From the NCBI GenBank assembly GCA_963675495.1, contig OY776215.1, forward strand, positions 2,784,001-2,848,000: 64,000 nucleotides of DNA. Direction: 5' to 3'. The translations under genes and the position numbers were made by a program. The notes below the pieces were generated by a model that worked only from the letters and a program-made list of their open reading frames with translations, was not told the origin of the DNA and made no database searches. Origin of the DNA: an uncultured Methanolobus sp. (lineage in GTDB: Archaea; Halobacteriota; Methanosarcinia; Methanosarcinales; Methanosarcinaceae). Positions 21,099-33,268 of the stretch are shown here, piece by piece (the first letter of the stretch is position 1; each line of letters opens with the position of its first letter).

Positions 21099-21872
21099 TT
21101 AAGAATCCCTTTTCAAACCCGGATGATTCGGACTGATATCCATCACTGGTCCATTCAATTCCCGTGCCACCCTTTCCAGTATGTCATCGATCTCTTCTGC
21201 TTCTTCTTCACCGATCATGGCAGGATAGATGTCCCTGACGGTCATAAGGCTGGCAGCCGCCAGAGCCAGAGAAATGGATAGCACGTCAATCGTTACTTCT
21301 TCACGGTAATCGAAATCACCCATTGCTCTTTTTATGCCGGGGTGGGCCGCATTGGAGATAAGTATATAAAAGTCATCAAGTTGTTCTTTCTTGCCTCCTG
21401 AGTACAGGATCTCACGTATCCTGGAAGGCCTGAGCCAATGATGCCTGTTCTTCATCTCTCTTTCCTCGTCTTCGGTAAGAGTGCCCAGCTGCTGTTTATA
21501 GAAAATGTATGCCTCCCTGTCGCTCAGGTGAAGTAGATACATCTGTGTTATCCCTTCAAAAACGGTTCTCAGGTTCAGATAAGCAGGATTGTTCAGGCCG
21601 ATGCATGCTAATTTGTAGGCTGCGATCAGATTGTGGTTATTTCGCTCGAACAGCACAGGTACAATGGACCTGGGACCTTCAGGACGTTTACCTGTTCTTT
21701 TGAACTCATCAAGAAATCCGGCATTCAGGATCGTTGTAAGGTAGAACAACAATTCGATCGAATCCTGGAATATGTCTAGTTTGGCAGCATGATCCCTGAT
21801 GATAATGTTTTTTCTGTAGAGAAAGGTTGATTCAATATCGTTGTAGTCACGCCTTTTCTTTCCGGGATTCAT
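21099..21872 (-). CDS. Hypothetical protein (helical, possibly DUF5677/HEPN-like)
   Basis: 257-aa ORF with LRTVFE and Y..ISNAAHP motifs. Confidence 0.55.
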   Translation of the reverse strand: MNPGKKRRDYNDIESTFLYRKNIIIRDHAAKLDIFQDSIELLFYLTTILNAGFLDEFKRTGKRPEGPRSIVPVLFERNNHNLIAAYKLACIGLNNPAYLNLRTVFEGITQMYLLHLSDREAYIFYKQQLGTLTEDEEREMKNRHHWLRPSRIREILYSGGKKEQLDDFYILISNAAHPGIKRAMGDFDYREEVTIDVLSISLALAAASLMTVRDIYPAMIGEEEAEEIDDILERVARELNGPVMDISPNHPGLKRDS

Positions 21873-22101
21873 TTTGATTGTCCTTTTTTGTTGTTTTTTA
21901 TGCGGGTATGGCAGGGATTATGTATAGTTCCTTTTAGAAATTGTTAGGTATGACATTGATAGACATGCATATAAAGGTTATATTTGTTACTCATATGGGG
22001 GGTTCTGTATAACGTTAAATTAGGATTGATTTTATTCTCGTTCCGTTCCCTACATTGAAAAAACACTTATGTACTTTCACCGAGGATCTAGCTCTAAGAA
22101 C

Positions 22102-22596
22102 ATGGACAGATCAGAACTCCTAAGCGCTCTTAAAAAAGAAGCCTGCTATATCTCCAATGAAGATCTGAGCCTTGCCAGAGCCGCTATTATGGAGGCTGTA
22201 GAACACGTCCCTGAACCTTACAAGACGATCTATTCATCCGACTACTTCACTTTCCTTTACGAGAACTTCCTCAGGTTGAAAATACATGACCAGATTCAGA
22301 CTGAAGAAGAGATTGATTCAGAGGATTATGGTTCACTTCTTGATAGCATAAAGGAGAAAAATGACTATGAAGATCGAAAAAGAGAAGCTCTGAGTAGGTT
22401 TACCAGTCTTGTACTTGCATATCTGGTCTTCATAGTGAAAGAGCCACTACATCCTGTCGGGATGGTCTTTCCGGGTGGTCAGAGGATCACTCAGAAAGAG
22501 ATGCATTATTATTGTCCTGTCAAGGACAAGCAAGCAGAGACCAATATCTCATTCTGTGAGTTCTGTATCTGTGAGGACAGTGGTGAATTGGGATAA
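22102..22596 (+). CDS. DUF2115/UPF0305 methanogen protein
   Basis: PLHPVGMVFPGG, YYCPVKDK, FCEFCIC. Confidence 0.85.
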   Translation: MDRSELLSALKKEACYISNEDLSLARAAIMEAVEHVPEPYKTIYSSDYFTFLYENFLRLKIHDQIQTEEEIDSEDYGSLLDSIKEKNDYEDRKREALSRFTSLVLAYLVFIVKEPLHPVGMVFPGGQRITQKEMHYYCPVKDKQAETNISFCEFCICEDSGELG

Positions 22597-22716
22597 GTGG
22601 ACAGAATGATTATCTGGAAAAACGGTTGCAGGTTGTCAATTTTATGAGGAACATCACGGCTTTTAATTATCGGTATGAAGGAAAAAAGTTTAGAACCTTA
22701 TTCTTTTTATCTTTTC

Positions 22717-22876
22717 GGACCGTGCCGGCTTCGCCGGAGCCCTCCGGGATGTTCTTAGCTATTCCTGACTTCTGATCAATAAAGTTTGTTGTTCCCTTGT
22801 CTTGTGTTTCTGATAGTTCTACAAAAGGTCATTAACAAAAAAACAGTGCAACCATCCGCCACATGCGGCACGTTCC
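22717..22876. repeat. GC-rich nested inverted-repeat element (structured RNA or non-autonomous repeat)
   Basis: CGTGCCG 22721-27 / CGGCACG 22866-72; GGATG / CATCC; local hairpins CCGGC-TTC-GCCGG and CCGGAG-CC-CTCCGG. Confidence 0.45.
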
Positions 22877-23008
22877 TTCGCTGCCATTCTGAGGACTATT
22901 TTAATAGTTCAGTTATTGAAAAATGCTGAGTTCAAAGTTTCAATTAGAAGGATTCTACAGGGCTGTTTGCTAAAAATGAAAATAGAAAATAGTGCCTGAA
23001 ACTTAAGT

Positions 23009-23632
23009 TCAGGCTTCAAATGAAAGTGCTTTTGTGGGACATGCAGTTATGCATCTTCCGCACTTGATACAGTCCGGCTTCTTGCTGTTGTTATGGACTT
23101 CAAGCTGCATAGGACAACTCTTATCACACTTTTTACAGCTGATACACTTTGATTCATCTAGTTGCAACTGGTACTTGTGACCCCCGATGAAGTTCTGTAC
23201 TGTTCCCATTGGGCAGAATGTACACCAGGTACGTGGACTGACAGTGGTGCCAGCAACTAGTGCAATGGTTGTTGTAACAAGACACATGATTACGAAAACC
23301 ATGCCTATCTGGTTGATAAGACCCTGTGTGCTGAGCAGTCTGTAACCCATGAACCCCATCATCATAAGGAACAATGGGACCCTGATCCAGAAACTTCTGA
23401 GAATTTTTGGTATCTTCTTGTTGCGTGTTATTTTGCCGACCAGGAAATCGTTAAAACTTCCTCTGGGACAGAGATTTCCACAGAACCATCTTCCTCTGAA
23501 GTAGCTTGTTATCAGTAGTGTAGCAAACACAAGCATCAGGAAGTATCCCAGTAGCGGGAACCACAGTCCTCCAATGGAGACGATAATGACTAGTATTCCA
23601 AGATATGGAGTAATTTTTAGCACTTTTTTCAC
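23009..23632 (-). CDS. Membrane 4Fe-4S binding protein (NapH/YccM-like)
   Basis: TM helices, GRWFCGNLCP, WCTFCPMG, CISCKKCDKSCP, CIKCGRCITACP. Confidence 0.85.
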   Translation of the reverse strand: MKKVLKITPYLGILVIIVSIGGLWFPLLGYFLMLVFATLLITSYFRGRWFCGNLCPRGSFNDFLVGKITRNKKIPKILRSFWIRVPLFLMMMGFMGYRLLSTQGLINQIGMVFVIMCLVTTTIALVAGTTVSPRTWCTFCPMGTVQNFIGGHKYQLQLDESKCISCKKCDKSCPMQLEVHNNSKKPDCIKCGRCITACPTKALSFEA

Positions 23633-23698
23633 CCTTTGTTGATGACGTTTTTAAGTTGATTAATTGAAATCGTTATTAATATGTGAAATTCAATTGAT

Positions 23699-24061
23699 TC
23701 ACTGGTTTTCATCTGCCCATGACTGGAGTGCACTGTCAACTCTTTTGACCCAGCTGTTCACGATCTCCATGATAAGTTCATGAATCTCTTTCTTGCTGCG
23801 TATCTTGTATACAAAGAAGTATCCACCGCCGTCCATGTTGTTCTGGGAGCGAATGAGTATCTTTCTTTCATAGAGTTTCTTTACACTTCGCTGGACAGTT
23901 GACAGATTAAGTTCAAGTTCTTCAGCTATGCTCTCTGTTGTAAGCCAGTTCTGGCCGTATTGCAGGAAATATTTCAATATCTGAATTTCGGCTTTTGTAA
24001 GGTTCAGACCACATTTGATTACAGCTTCAATTTCAAACTCTTTACAGGCAAAGTCAACCAT
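23699..24061 (-). CDS. TrmB-like HTH transcriptional regulator
   Basis: IKCGLNLTKAE, STVQRSVKKL, GGGYFFVY. Confidence 0.8.
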   Translation of the reverse strand: MVDFACKEFEIEAVIKCGLNLTKAEIQILKYFLQYGQNWLTTESIAEELELNLSTVQRSVKKLYERKILIRSQNNMDGGGYFFVYKIRSKKEIHELIMEIVNSWVKRVDSALQSWADENQ

Positions 24062-24179
24062 ATAATACCTCTGTTATTCGACAGTACTGTACTAAAGCAT
24101 CAGCTGTATATAAAGGGTTTTGAGTACTGCTCATAACTGCAAAAAAACAGAAGTACTAAAAAAAGAGTTGAAACGAAAA

Positions 24180-26973
<2,794 letters not shown>

Positions 26974-27229
26974 TCATGCACAATTTTGTTGTGATATTAC
27001 CTAATGGTCATCGTTTTATATATAATTTTGCATAAATTTTATGAAAAATATAACCTATAGTTATTAATATGGGCATTTTGTAGTTTAGATTTGTTTTTTT
27101 AGTATTCCGGGTAAAAGAGAAACCCACTTTCATAAACTGAATAAAGAAAAAGGACTAAAAAGAAAAAAAGCCAGAATCTATGAACTAAAATAATGATGCG
27201 ATACTATTTTCTTTTCCTATGCAAAGGAA

Positions 27230-27814
27230 CTAAGTTAGCAGCATTTCCATAAATGTGTCTTCCCTGACTTTTGGGCTTTTAAGTATCTTTGCAGTTGAAT
27301 TCAGCTCTTGTACAAGTTTATTCACACCAGCCATATGTTCCTTTGTGTCAATCTCTATCTTGTTGATGCATACTATTTCTGCACCTTGTACCTGTTTTTT
27401 TGAATACTCGATAAGCTGATCCACTTGTATTTCAAATCCAGTTGAATTGATAAGCACTATACTTGGAAGCAGCTCAGTATTTGGAAGTGCCATTCTTTCA
27501 AGGTCTGCTTTTAGTTTATGCGGAAGCACAGTTTCTTCAGTTTCAATGAAAACCGTATCAGGACTGAATTCCTCCTGTAGTATCAGTAAGTTACTTCTGA
27601 TGTCCGTATCAAGAGAGCAAGGGATACAAACACTGTTGACTTCCTTTGTCTTAATTCCCAGTCTATCAAGCGTTTTTTCATCATAGTCCACTTCCCCGGT
27701 TTCCTGTACAATAACTCCTATTTTCTCTCCCTTCGAATTCAGGTATTTTGCGAGATCAAGGACCATTGTTGTCTTTCCACTGTCTGTTGCTCCGCCTATG
27801 ATGCTTACTTTCAT
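27230..27814 (-). CDS. CobW/HypB/UreG-like nucleotide-binding protein, degenerate motifs
   Basis: GGATDSGKTT P-loop, ETGEVDYD, CIPC, INKI. Confidence 0.65.
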   Translation of the reverse strand: MKVSIIGGATDSGKTTMVLDLAKYLNSKGEKIGVIVQETGEVDYDEKTLDRLGIKTKEVNSVCIPCSLDTDIRSNLLILQEEFSPDTVFIETEETVLPHKLKADLERMALPNTELLPSIVLINSTGFEIQVDQLIEYSKKQVQGAEIVCINKIEIDTKEHMAGVNKLVQELNSTAKILKSPKVREDTFMEMLLT

Positions 27815-27868
27815 ATTGTTAACTCCTTTTACAATTAGAAAACATCAAAACCGTCAATTGATACTCTC

Positions 27869-30523
27869 TTACTGTTGTTGTATATTGGTAGTTCTTTCCC
27901 TGGGATAAACAGGGATTCGAAAAGTGAATTTGCTGCCATTTCCCGGTTCGCCTTCCACCCATATATTTCCACTTTGCATTTTCAGGTATTCTTTTACAAG
28001 TACGAGTCCAAGACCGGCTCCTCCGTATTTTTTGGTGTTGGAGCTATCCACCTGTATAAAGGGATTGAAGATCCGTTCTCTATCTTCTTCTGCAATTCCA
28101 ATTCCGGTGTCTTCTACGGATACTTCAATTTCTTCATTTTCCACCTTTACATTTACGATAACGTTTCCTTTTTCAGGTGTGAACTTCAAAGCATTCTCTA
28201 CCAGATTATGAAGTATTTCTTTAAACTTATCAACGTCTGCAGTTATTTCAGTGGTACTTTCGTCAATGTTGACAGTGATATTTATCTTTTTTTTTGTGGC
28301 CAGTATTTTTGTACTTCTAATTACTTCCTTGACATACTTAACCGGGTCAAAGGCTGAAAACTTGAGTCCCATCCCCTCAGCTTCTATTTGCGCCAGGTCC
28401 AGCACATTGTTAATGAGGTCCAGTAGTTTGTATCCGGCATCGTTGATGCTTTGCAGGTATCTTTTCTGTTTATCATCAAGTCCTTTGATGTCTTGGTCTA
28501 TAAGGACATCTGAATATCCTATCACAGAATTAAGAGGAGTTCTTAACTCGTGATTCATGTTAGTCAGAAGACCATTTTTACAGAGGTTTGCCTCTTCAGC
28601 AGCTATCCTTGCCAGTAGCATCTGCTCCTCAGTCTTCTTCCTTTCAGTAATATCAACAAGAGTACCGATGACTCTATTGGTTCCACTTTTTCCATTGAAT
28701 GTGGCTCCTTTGGCCAGTACCCATCTCCATTTCCCTGAGCCTGAAAGCATACGTATCTCAAAAGTGAAATTTTGACCATCGTTCACAGATTTTATGATCT
28801 TTGGAATGATATTCTTCTGATCATCCGGGTGCATTAATTCACTCCATTTTTCCGGACTCATCGATGAGTCTTTGTAGCCTAACATTGCATATAATCCTGG
28901 ACTGAAAAAAAACTCATCATGGTTCAGGTCCCATTCCCAAAAACCATGTTCTGAAACCATCATTGCAAGTTTAAGTCTTTCCTCACTTTCTTTGAGTGCC
29001 TCTTCTGCGACAATTCTCCCGGTAATATCCCTTGTGGTTCCGTTGATCGCAATAGGGGCTCCATCATCTCCACGAACGATTTTCCCAAGAATCTCAACAG
29101 GTATCTTCTCCTCATTTTTTTTCAACATTTCGACCTGAAAGACAATTCCGGGAGCATTGGGAGCACCTTCAAATCCTTTTTTCATGTAATTCATCATGAT
29201 TGTGAAATTCTCTTCATCACAATGGTCACTTAATTTTGAGCCGATCCATTCTTCTGGTAAATAACCGAACATGGATTGAATCGAGGGGTTAACATATGTA
29301 AAAACCAGGTTCATATCCATTAACCATATGCAATCCAGGGTGTTTTCAGCAAGAAGCCTGTACTTTTTTTCGCTTTCTATTAGTGCTTCTTCAGCTCTCT
29401 TTTTCTCGCTAACATCTATAATAGAACCCATGTATGCAACCGGTTTGCCTGCAAGGTCTTTAATGATGGTCGTAGATACCCATGCAGGAAATACAGTACC
29501 ATCTTTTCTAAGGGCCCGACGCTCACTCTTAAATCCCGGATGTTTTATTATTTCCAATATTTCAGTTCTATCGTACTGAGTATCAAAGAATTCCTCTACT
29601 TTTTTTCCAATTACTTCTTCCTTGCTCCCATATCCCCACATTTTTAAAGTAGCGTTGTTTACATAACTGATTCTGCCATCAAGTTTCAGAAGTGCCATAC
29701 CATCTATATTAGCTTCTATTGCCTGATCTTTTATTCTAAGTCCTTCTTCAGCTTTTACTCTTTTAGTAATGTCAAGCATGTACCCGACTATTCCTGTAAA
29801 CTGACCGCTTTTATCTTTAATTAACCAGAGGAATAACGAGCCAATGAACAATTCTCCATTTTTACGCTTTAAACGGACCTGTGTTTGGTGATGCCCTTTT
29901 GAAAGAATATGCTTTTTCATGTTCTTTCCCAGAACTTCAAGGTCTACATCGTGATAAACCAAAAGAGATATATGCTTACCCAAAACTTCTTCTGAAGTAT
30001 ATCCAAAGATTATTTCTGAACCTTTGTTCCAGCTTGTTATGATCCATTCCATATCAGTCGAAATAATTGAATAGGGAGATTGCTCAATTATCTTCGACAT
30101 AAATTCCAGAGATTCAGTTGCATGTTTATTTTCAAGGAGCACATTTTTTTTCTTTATGGCTTCTTTTATTGCAATGGGCAGTCTGTTGATGCGCTCTTTT
30201 AGTACGTAATCAGTTGCTCCTGCTTTTATGCTATCCACGGCAATCTCTTCATTTATGAATCCCGTTAGAATTATGAATGGAACAGTGTTATCATATGTGA
30301 GCGAGTATTCAAGTGCCCTCATCCCATCAAATTCAGGAAGTAAATAATCAGAGATTATAATATCCGGTTTGAATTCATATAAACCTTGTAAGAATTCAGC
30401 TTCGTTCTGTGCTAAGTACGGTTCAAATCGGATTCCATTATCTTTTATTTTCCTCTTAGCTAATTCCAGATCTTCAGGTATGTCTTCAACAAACAATATT
30501 TTAATAACCTGATCATCTTTCAT
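27869..30523 (-). CDS. Hybrid receiver-multi-PAS histidine kinase
   Basis: N-terminal REC (ILFVED, ISDYLLP, GATDYVLK), about 4 PAS, H-box MNHELRTPL, GGAGLGL. Confidence 0.92.
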   Translation of the reverse strand: MKDDQVIKILFVEDIPEDLELAKRKIKDNGIRFEPYLAQNEAEFLQGLYEFKPDIIISDYLLPEFDGMRALEYSLTYDNTVPFIILTGFINEEIAVDSIKAGATDYVLKERINRLPIAIKEAIKKKNVLLENKHATESLEFMSKIIEQSPYSIISTDMEWIITSWNKGSEIIFGYTSEEVLGKHISLLVYHDVDLEVLGKNMKKHILSKGHHQTQVRLKRKNGELFIGSLFLWLIKDKSGQFTGIVGYMLDITKRVKAEEGLRIKDQAIEANIDGMALLKLDGRISYVNNATLKMWGYGSKEEVIGKKVEEFFDTQYDRTEILEIIKHPGFKSERRALRKDGTVFPAWVSTTIIKDLAGKPVAYMGSIIDVSEKKRAEEALIESEKKYRLLAENTLDCIWLMDMNLVFTYVNPSIQSMFGYLPEEWIGSKLSDHCDEENFTIMMNYMKKGFEGAPNAPGIVFQVEMLKKNEEKIPVEILGKIVRGDDGAPIAINGTTRDITGRIVAEEALKESEERLKLAMMVSEHGFWEWDLNHDEFFFSPGLYAMLGYKDSSMSPEKWSELMHPDDQKNIIPKIIKSVNDGQNFTFEIRMLSGSGKWRWVLAKGATFNGKSGTNRVIGTLVDITERKKTEEQMLLARIAAEEANLCKNGLLTNMNHELRTPLNSVIGYSDVLIDQDIKGLDDKQKRYLQSINDAGYKLLDLINNVLDLAQIEAEGMGLKFSAFDPVKYVKEVIRSTKILATKKKINITVNIDESTTEITADVDKFKEILHNLVENALKFTPEKGNVIVNVKVENEEIEVSVEDTGIGIAEEDRERIFNPFIQVDSSNTKKYGGAGLGLVLVKEYLKMQSGNIWVEGEPGNGSKFTFRIPVYPRERTTNIQQQ

Positions 30524-30762
30524 TTGATTCCCCACTTCCAAGCAAATTTTGACAAACTATGAAGTCAAAACCCTTAAAACCACCACTTTTAATTTGCAGT
30601 TTGACAGTAATCTCAAATTGCTAAATTATTGTCTAATTTATTCCGTAATTGTTACTCAAAACATTATTTGGCTTAATAACTAATAAATCTAGGTGTCAAT
30701 AGCTATAAATTCAACATAAAAAAGTAAAATTTGTGCGGCCATATCAAGATAAGTTTTTTGGA

Positions 30763-30790
30763 TGGGGGGTCAATTTGCACTATGACCCTC
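30763..30790 (-). terminator. Hairpin downstream of the VWA operon
   Basis: GGGTCA...TGACCC stem shortly after the stop at 30818. Confidence 0.35.
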
Positions 30791-30817
30791 CTTCATTTCA
30801 ACGCAAAATGCACAGCA

Positions 30818-33268
30818 TCATGCATCACTTTCCTGTTGTTGGAGTTTCTTCATTTCCTTGATCTCTTTTATTCTCCTTAATATAACTTCTCCAAGGAAAA
30901 TAATAAGAGCTGCCAGCAGGAAGTATATCTTCTGGCTTACATTGTCACGTACCAGTTTTTCAGAGTTACCCTGTGCTTCTTCGAGCAGGTTAGCTCTTGC
31001 CTCGTTTGGAGAAAAGGTGTTTCCTCCATATGCTTTGATAAGTGCGGGGAGGTCTTCGTTCAGTCCTACATCACGGTATTCAAGTGCATAGTTCACTGCC
31101 ACAGGATATCCGGAAAGGTCATGGAGACCAATTGGGCTTGGGTCGATAACGGCTTCATATACATTATTCCCTGTAAGTGAGAGGTCAAGTGCATCACCGT
31201 CCAGCTTCAGGGTGGGAATACCTTCATCATACATTGTCAGCTCGATGGTCACCGGCGTACCGTACCATGTGTCCGGTGCATCTACAACAGCTCCGGTCTC
31301 TTCCCTTGGATTACCGATTGCCCAGTTAACAGTTGAGGACATAAGCTTTGAATTGTTATCCGAGTACAACTGTGTGGCCCACATATTGTCCCCTCCCTGT
31401 CCGTTGTCGGTTGACAGGGCAGCAACTCTTCCAAGCCCGTATCTCCATGTGGTCAGCACCGGCTTTCCGGTACTTGTAATAATAAGCCTGTCAGCTCCGG
31501 CTTTTGGAGTGACATCATTGTACCCTGTGATACTGCCATTTACTTCGATATCTCTGGTAATGAAATGTTTGGTGTTAAGCTCAATAAGGGGATATGTTCC
31601 AATATCAGCCGTTTCTTCATCCTGAGTTTCCTGAAGGTCTTCAAATTCTATATTTGCCCTTTCTCCTTCATTGATGTGGAAATAAACTCCTCCCACTTCA
31701 CTCATCAAAGTTTCTGCAAATATATTGCCGTAGGCATCTCTCTGGGAAGGTGCGCTTGATCTGATATGCACATAATAAAGATTCACACCATTATCAACTA
31801 TATCTTCTGCGATTACCAGACTCTCATCGTATGTCTGCTCAATACCACCATCTGAAATGATTATGATCTCAAGTTCTCCAACTTCGTTTTCCAGCCATTG
31901 CTGAGCAATTGCAAGTCCTTCGTTAAGTGATGTTTCACTTGTACTTCCTGGTGTAAGTGTTTTCATCTCGGATTCCAGAAATTCCAGGTTCGAAGCTGTT
32001 CCAAGAAACTTTAGTCCACCTGATACATCCATACCTTCACTACCAAAAGCAATGACTCCAAGGTACGCATCTCTCAGATTTTCATTATGCAGTATATTGA
32101 TGGCGTTTCCCAAAATGTCTGCAATTGTTCCGTGGGCGGCTGTACTCTGGGATATATCCAATACCAATACAATATTTCTTCCACCGCTCCAATCCGTAGG
32201 TTTTGAGAGCACTGGTAATATTTCTTCTACGGGTGAGTCGAGATAATCTCCATAATTATAGGAGCGTTCTCCTCCTACCACAACAATACCTCTTCCTTCA
32301 TTGAGGTAGTCTTTTAGTTCTCCAACCTCGGATTCAGTGAATGTGTTAGCGTGAGTGTTATCGAGAATTATTGCTTTCTTATCATCGATATTATCAAGTT
32401 CTCCGGAAGTTGAGACATCGTAGAGATTTAGTAATATATCTGCAAGTGGAGAGCTTGTCTCAAGACCGATGGTGCGAATGGTGGGTTTCGGGACAACATA
32501 TACAGATTTGTAATATTGATTATTGATTGTGTCAACGTCAGAACCGGAAGGTATGATAATAGCTTTTAACGTGTGTGCACCCAGTTTGGAGAATTTCACC
32601 TGTGTCACAGGTATAGTTTTATCACGGTCGGTTTGTGTAACTCTGCCACTTCTGATCAGGGTATCATCACTATAGAGCTCATAACTGTATGATATTTCCT
32701 GGTCCACTGCCTGGGAGACTACGATGTTGAACTGGTTCTCGTTCTTTAGAATTATAGTCTTATCGCCTTCAATTTGCACAGTCAGGTCATTCTCTTCCAA
32801 GTCAGGCTGGACATAGTAAACAGTAGTTCCAGTTTCCTTTGCAAATTGCAGTGCATCTTCCAGTTCTTCGCCTGTGTTACTGTTACCGTCAGTGACCAAC
32901 ACTATCTGGTTATCTCCGGTGGAATACTGCATAATGGCATCTCCAAGAGCAGTATTATCTCCTGAGAGCCGGACAATTGATGCAGATGTTCTGGCGCTCA
33001 GAGCTTCATATAGCTCAGCTGCCGTACCGTTTTCGAATAGCTCCATGCTGGCAGTTTCATCCGAGATTATCACAAGGTCTGGATTGTCATCTGTCGTTAC
33101 TCTGGGTACAAGTGTAAAAGGTGATGCAAGAGCAACTATGAGTAGTATGGCAACAACTATACGTGAGATAATAAGTCCTTTCTTTGTTCCTTTTTTCAGG
33201 AGATAGAAACCTGCAACAAGGGCAGGGATAATCAGCCAGAGCATCTCCGGATTCTCGAGCCTGACCAT
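30818..33268 (-). CDS. Membrane-anchored VWA domain protein
   Basis: N-terminal TMs, DETASM and DISQST MIDAS-like motifs, VTDG / ISDG, WRYGLGRVAA, C-terminal TM. Confidence 0.82.
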   Translation of the reverse strand: MVRLENPEMLWLIIPALVAGFYLLKKGTKKGLIISRIVVAILLIVALASPFTLVPRVTTDDNPDLVIISDETASMELFENGTAAELYEALSARTSASIVRLSGDNTALGDAIMQYSTGDNQIVLVTDGNSNTGEELEDALQFAKETGTTVYYVQPDLEENDLTVQIEGDKTIILKNENQFNIVVSQAVDQEISYSYELYSDDTLIRSGRVTQTDRDKTIPVTQVKFSKLGAHTLKAIIIPSGSDVDTINNQYYKSVYVVPKPTIRTIGLETSSPLADILLNLYDVSTSGELDNIDDKKAIILDNTHANTFTESEVGELKDYLNEGRGIVVVGGERSYNYGDYLDSPVEEILPVLSKPTDWSGGRNIVLVLDISQSTAAHGTIADILGNAINILHNENLRDAYLGVIAFGSEGMDVSGGLKFLGTASNLEFLESEMKTLTPGSTSETSLNEGLAIAQQWLENEVGELEIIIISDGGIEQTYDESLVIAEDIVDNGVNLYYVHIRSSAPSQRDAYGNIFAETLMSEVGGVYFHINEGERANIEFEDLQETQDEETADIGTYPLIELNTKHFITRDIEVNGSITGYNDVTPKAGADRLIITSTGKPVLTTWRYGLGRVAALSTDNGQGGDNMWATQLYSDNNSKLMSSTVNWAIGNPREETGAVVDAPDTWYGTPVTIELTMYDEGIPTLKLDGDALDLSLTGNNVYEAVIDPSPIGLHDLSGYPVAVNYALEYRDVGLNEDLPALIKAYGGNTFSPNEARANLLEEAQGNSEKLVRDNVSQKIYFLLAALIIFLGEVILRRIKEIKEMKKLQQQESDA

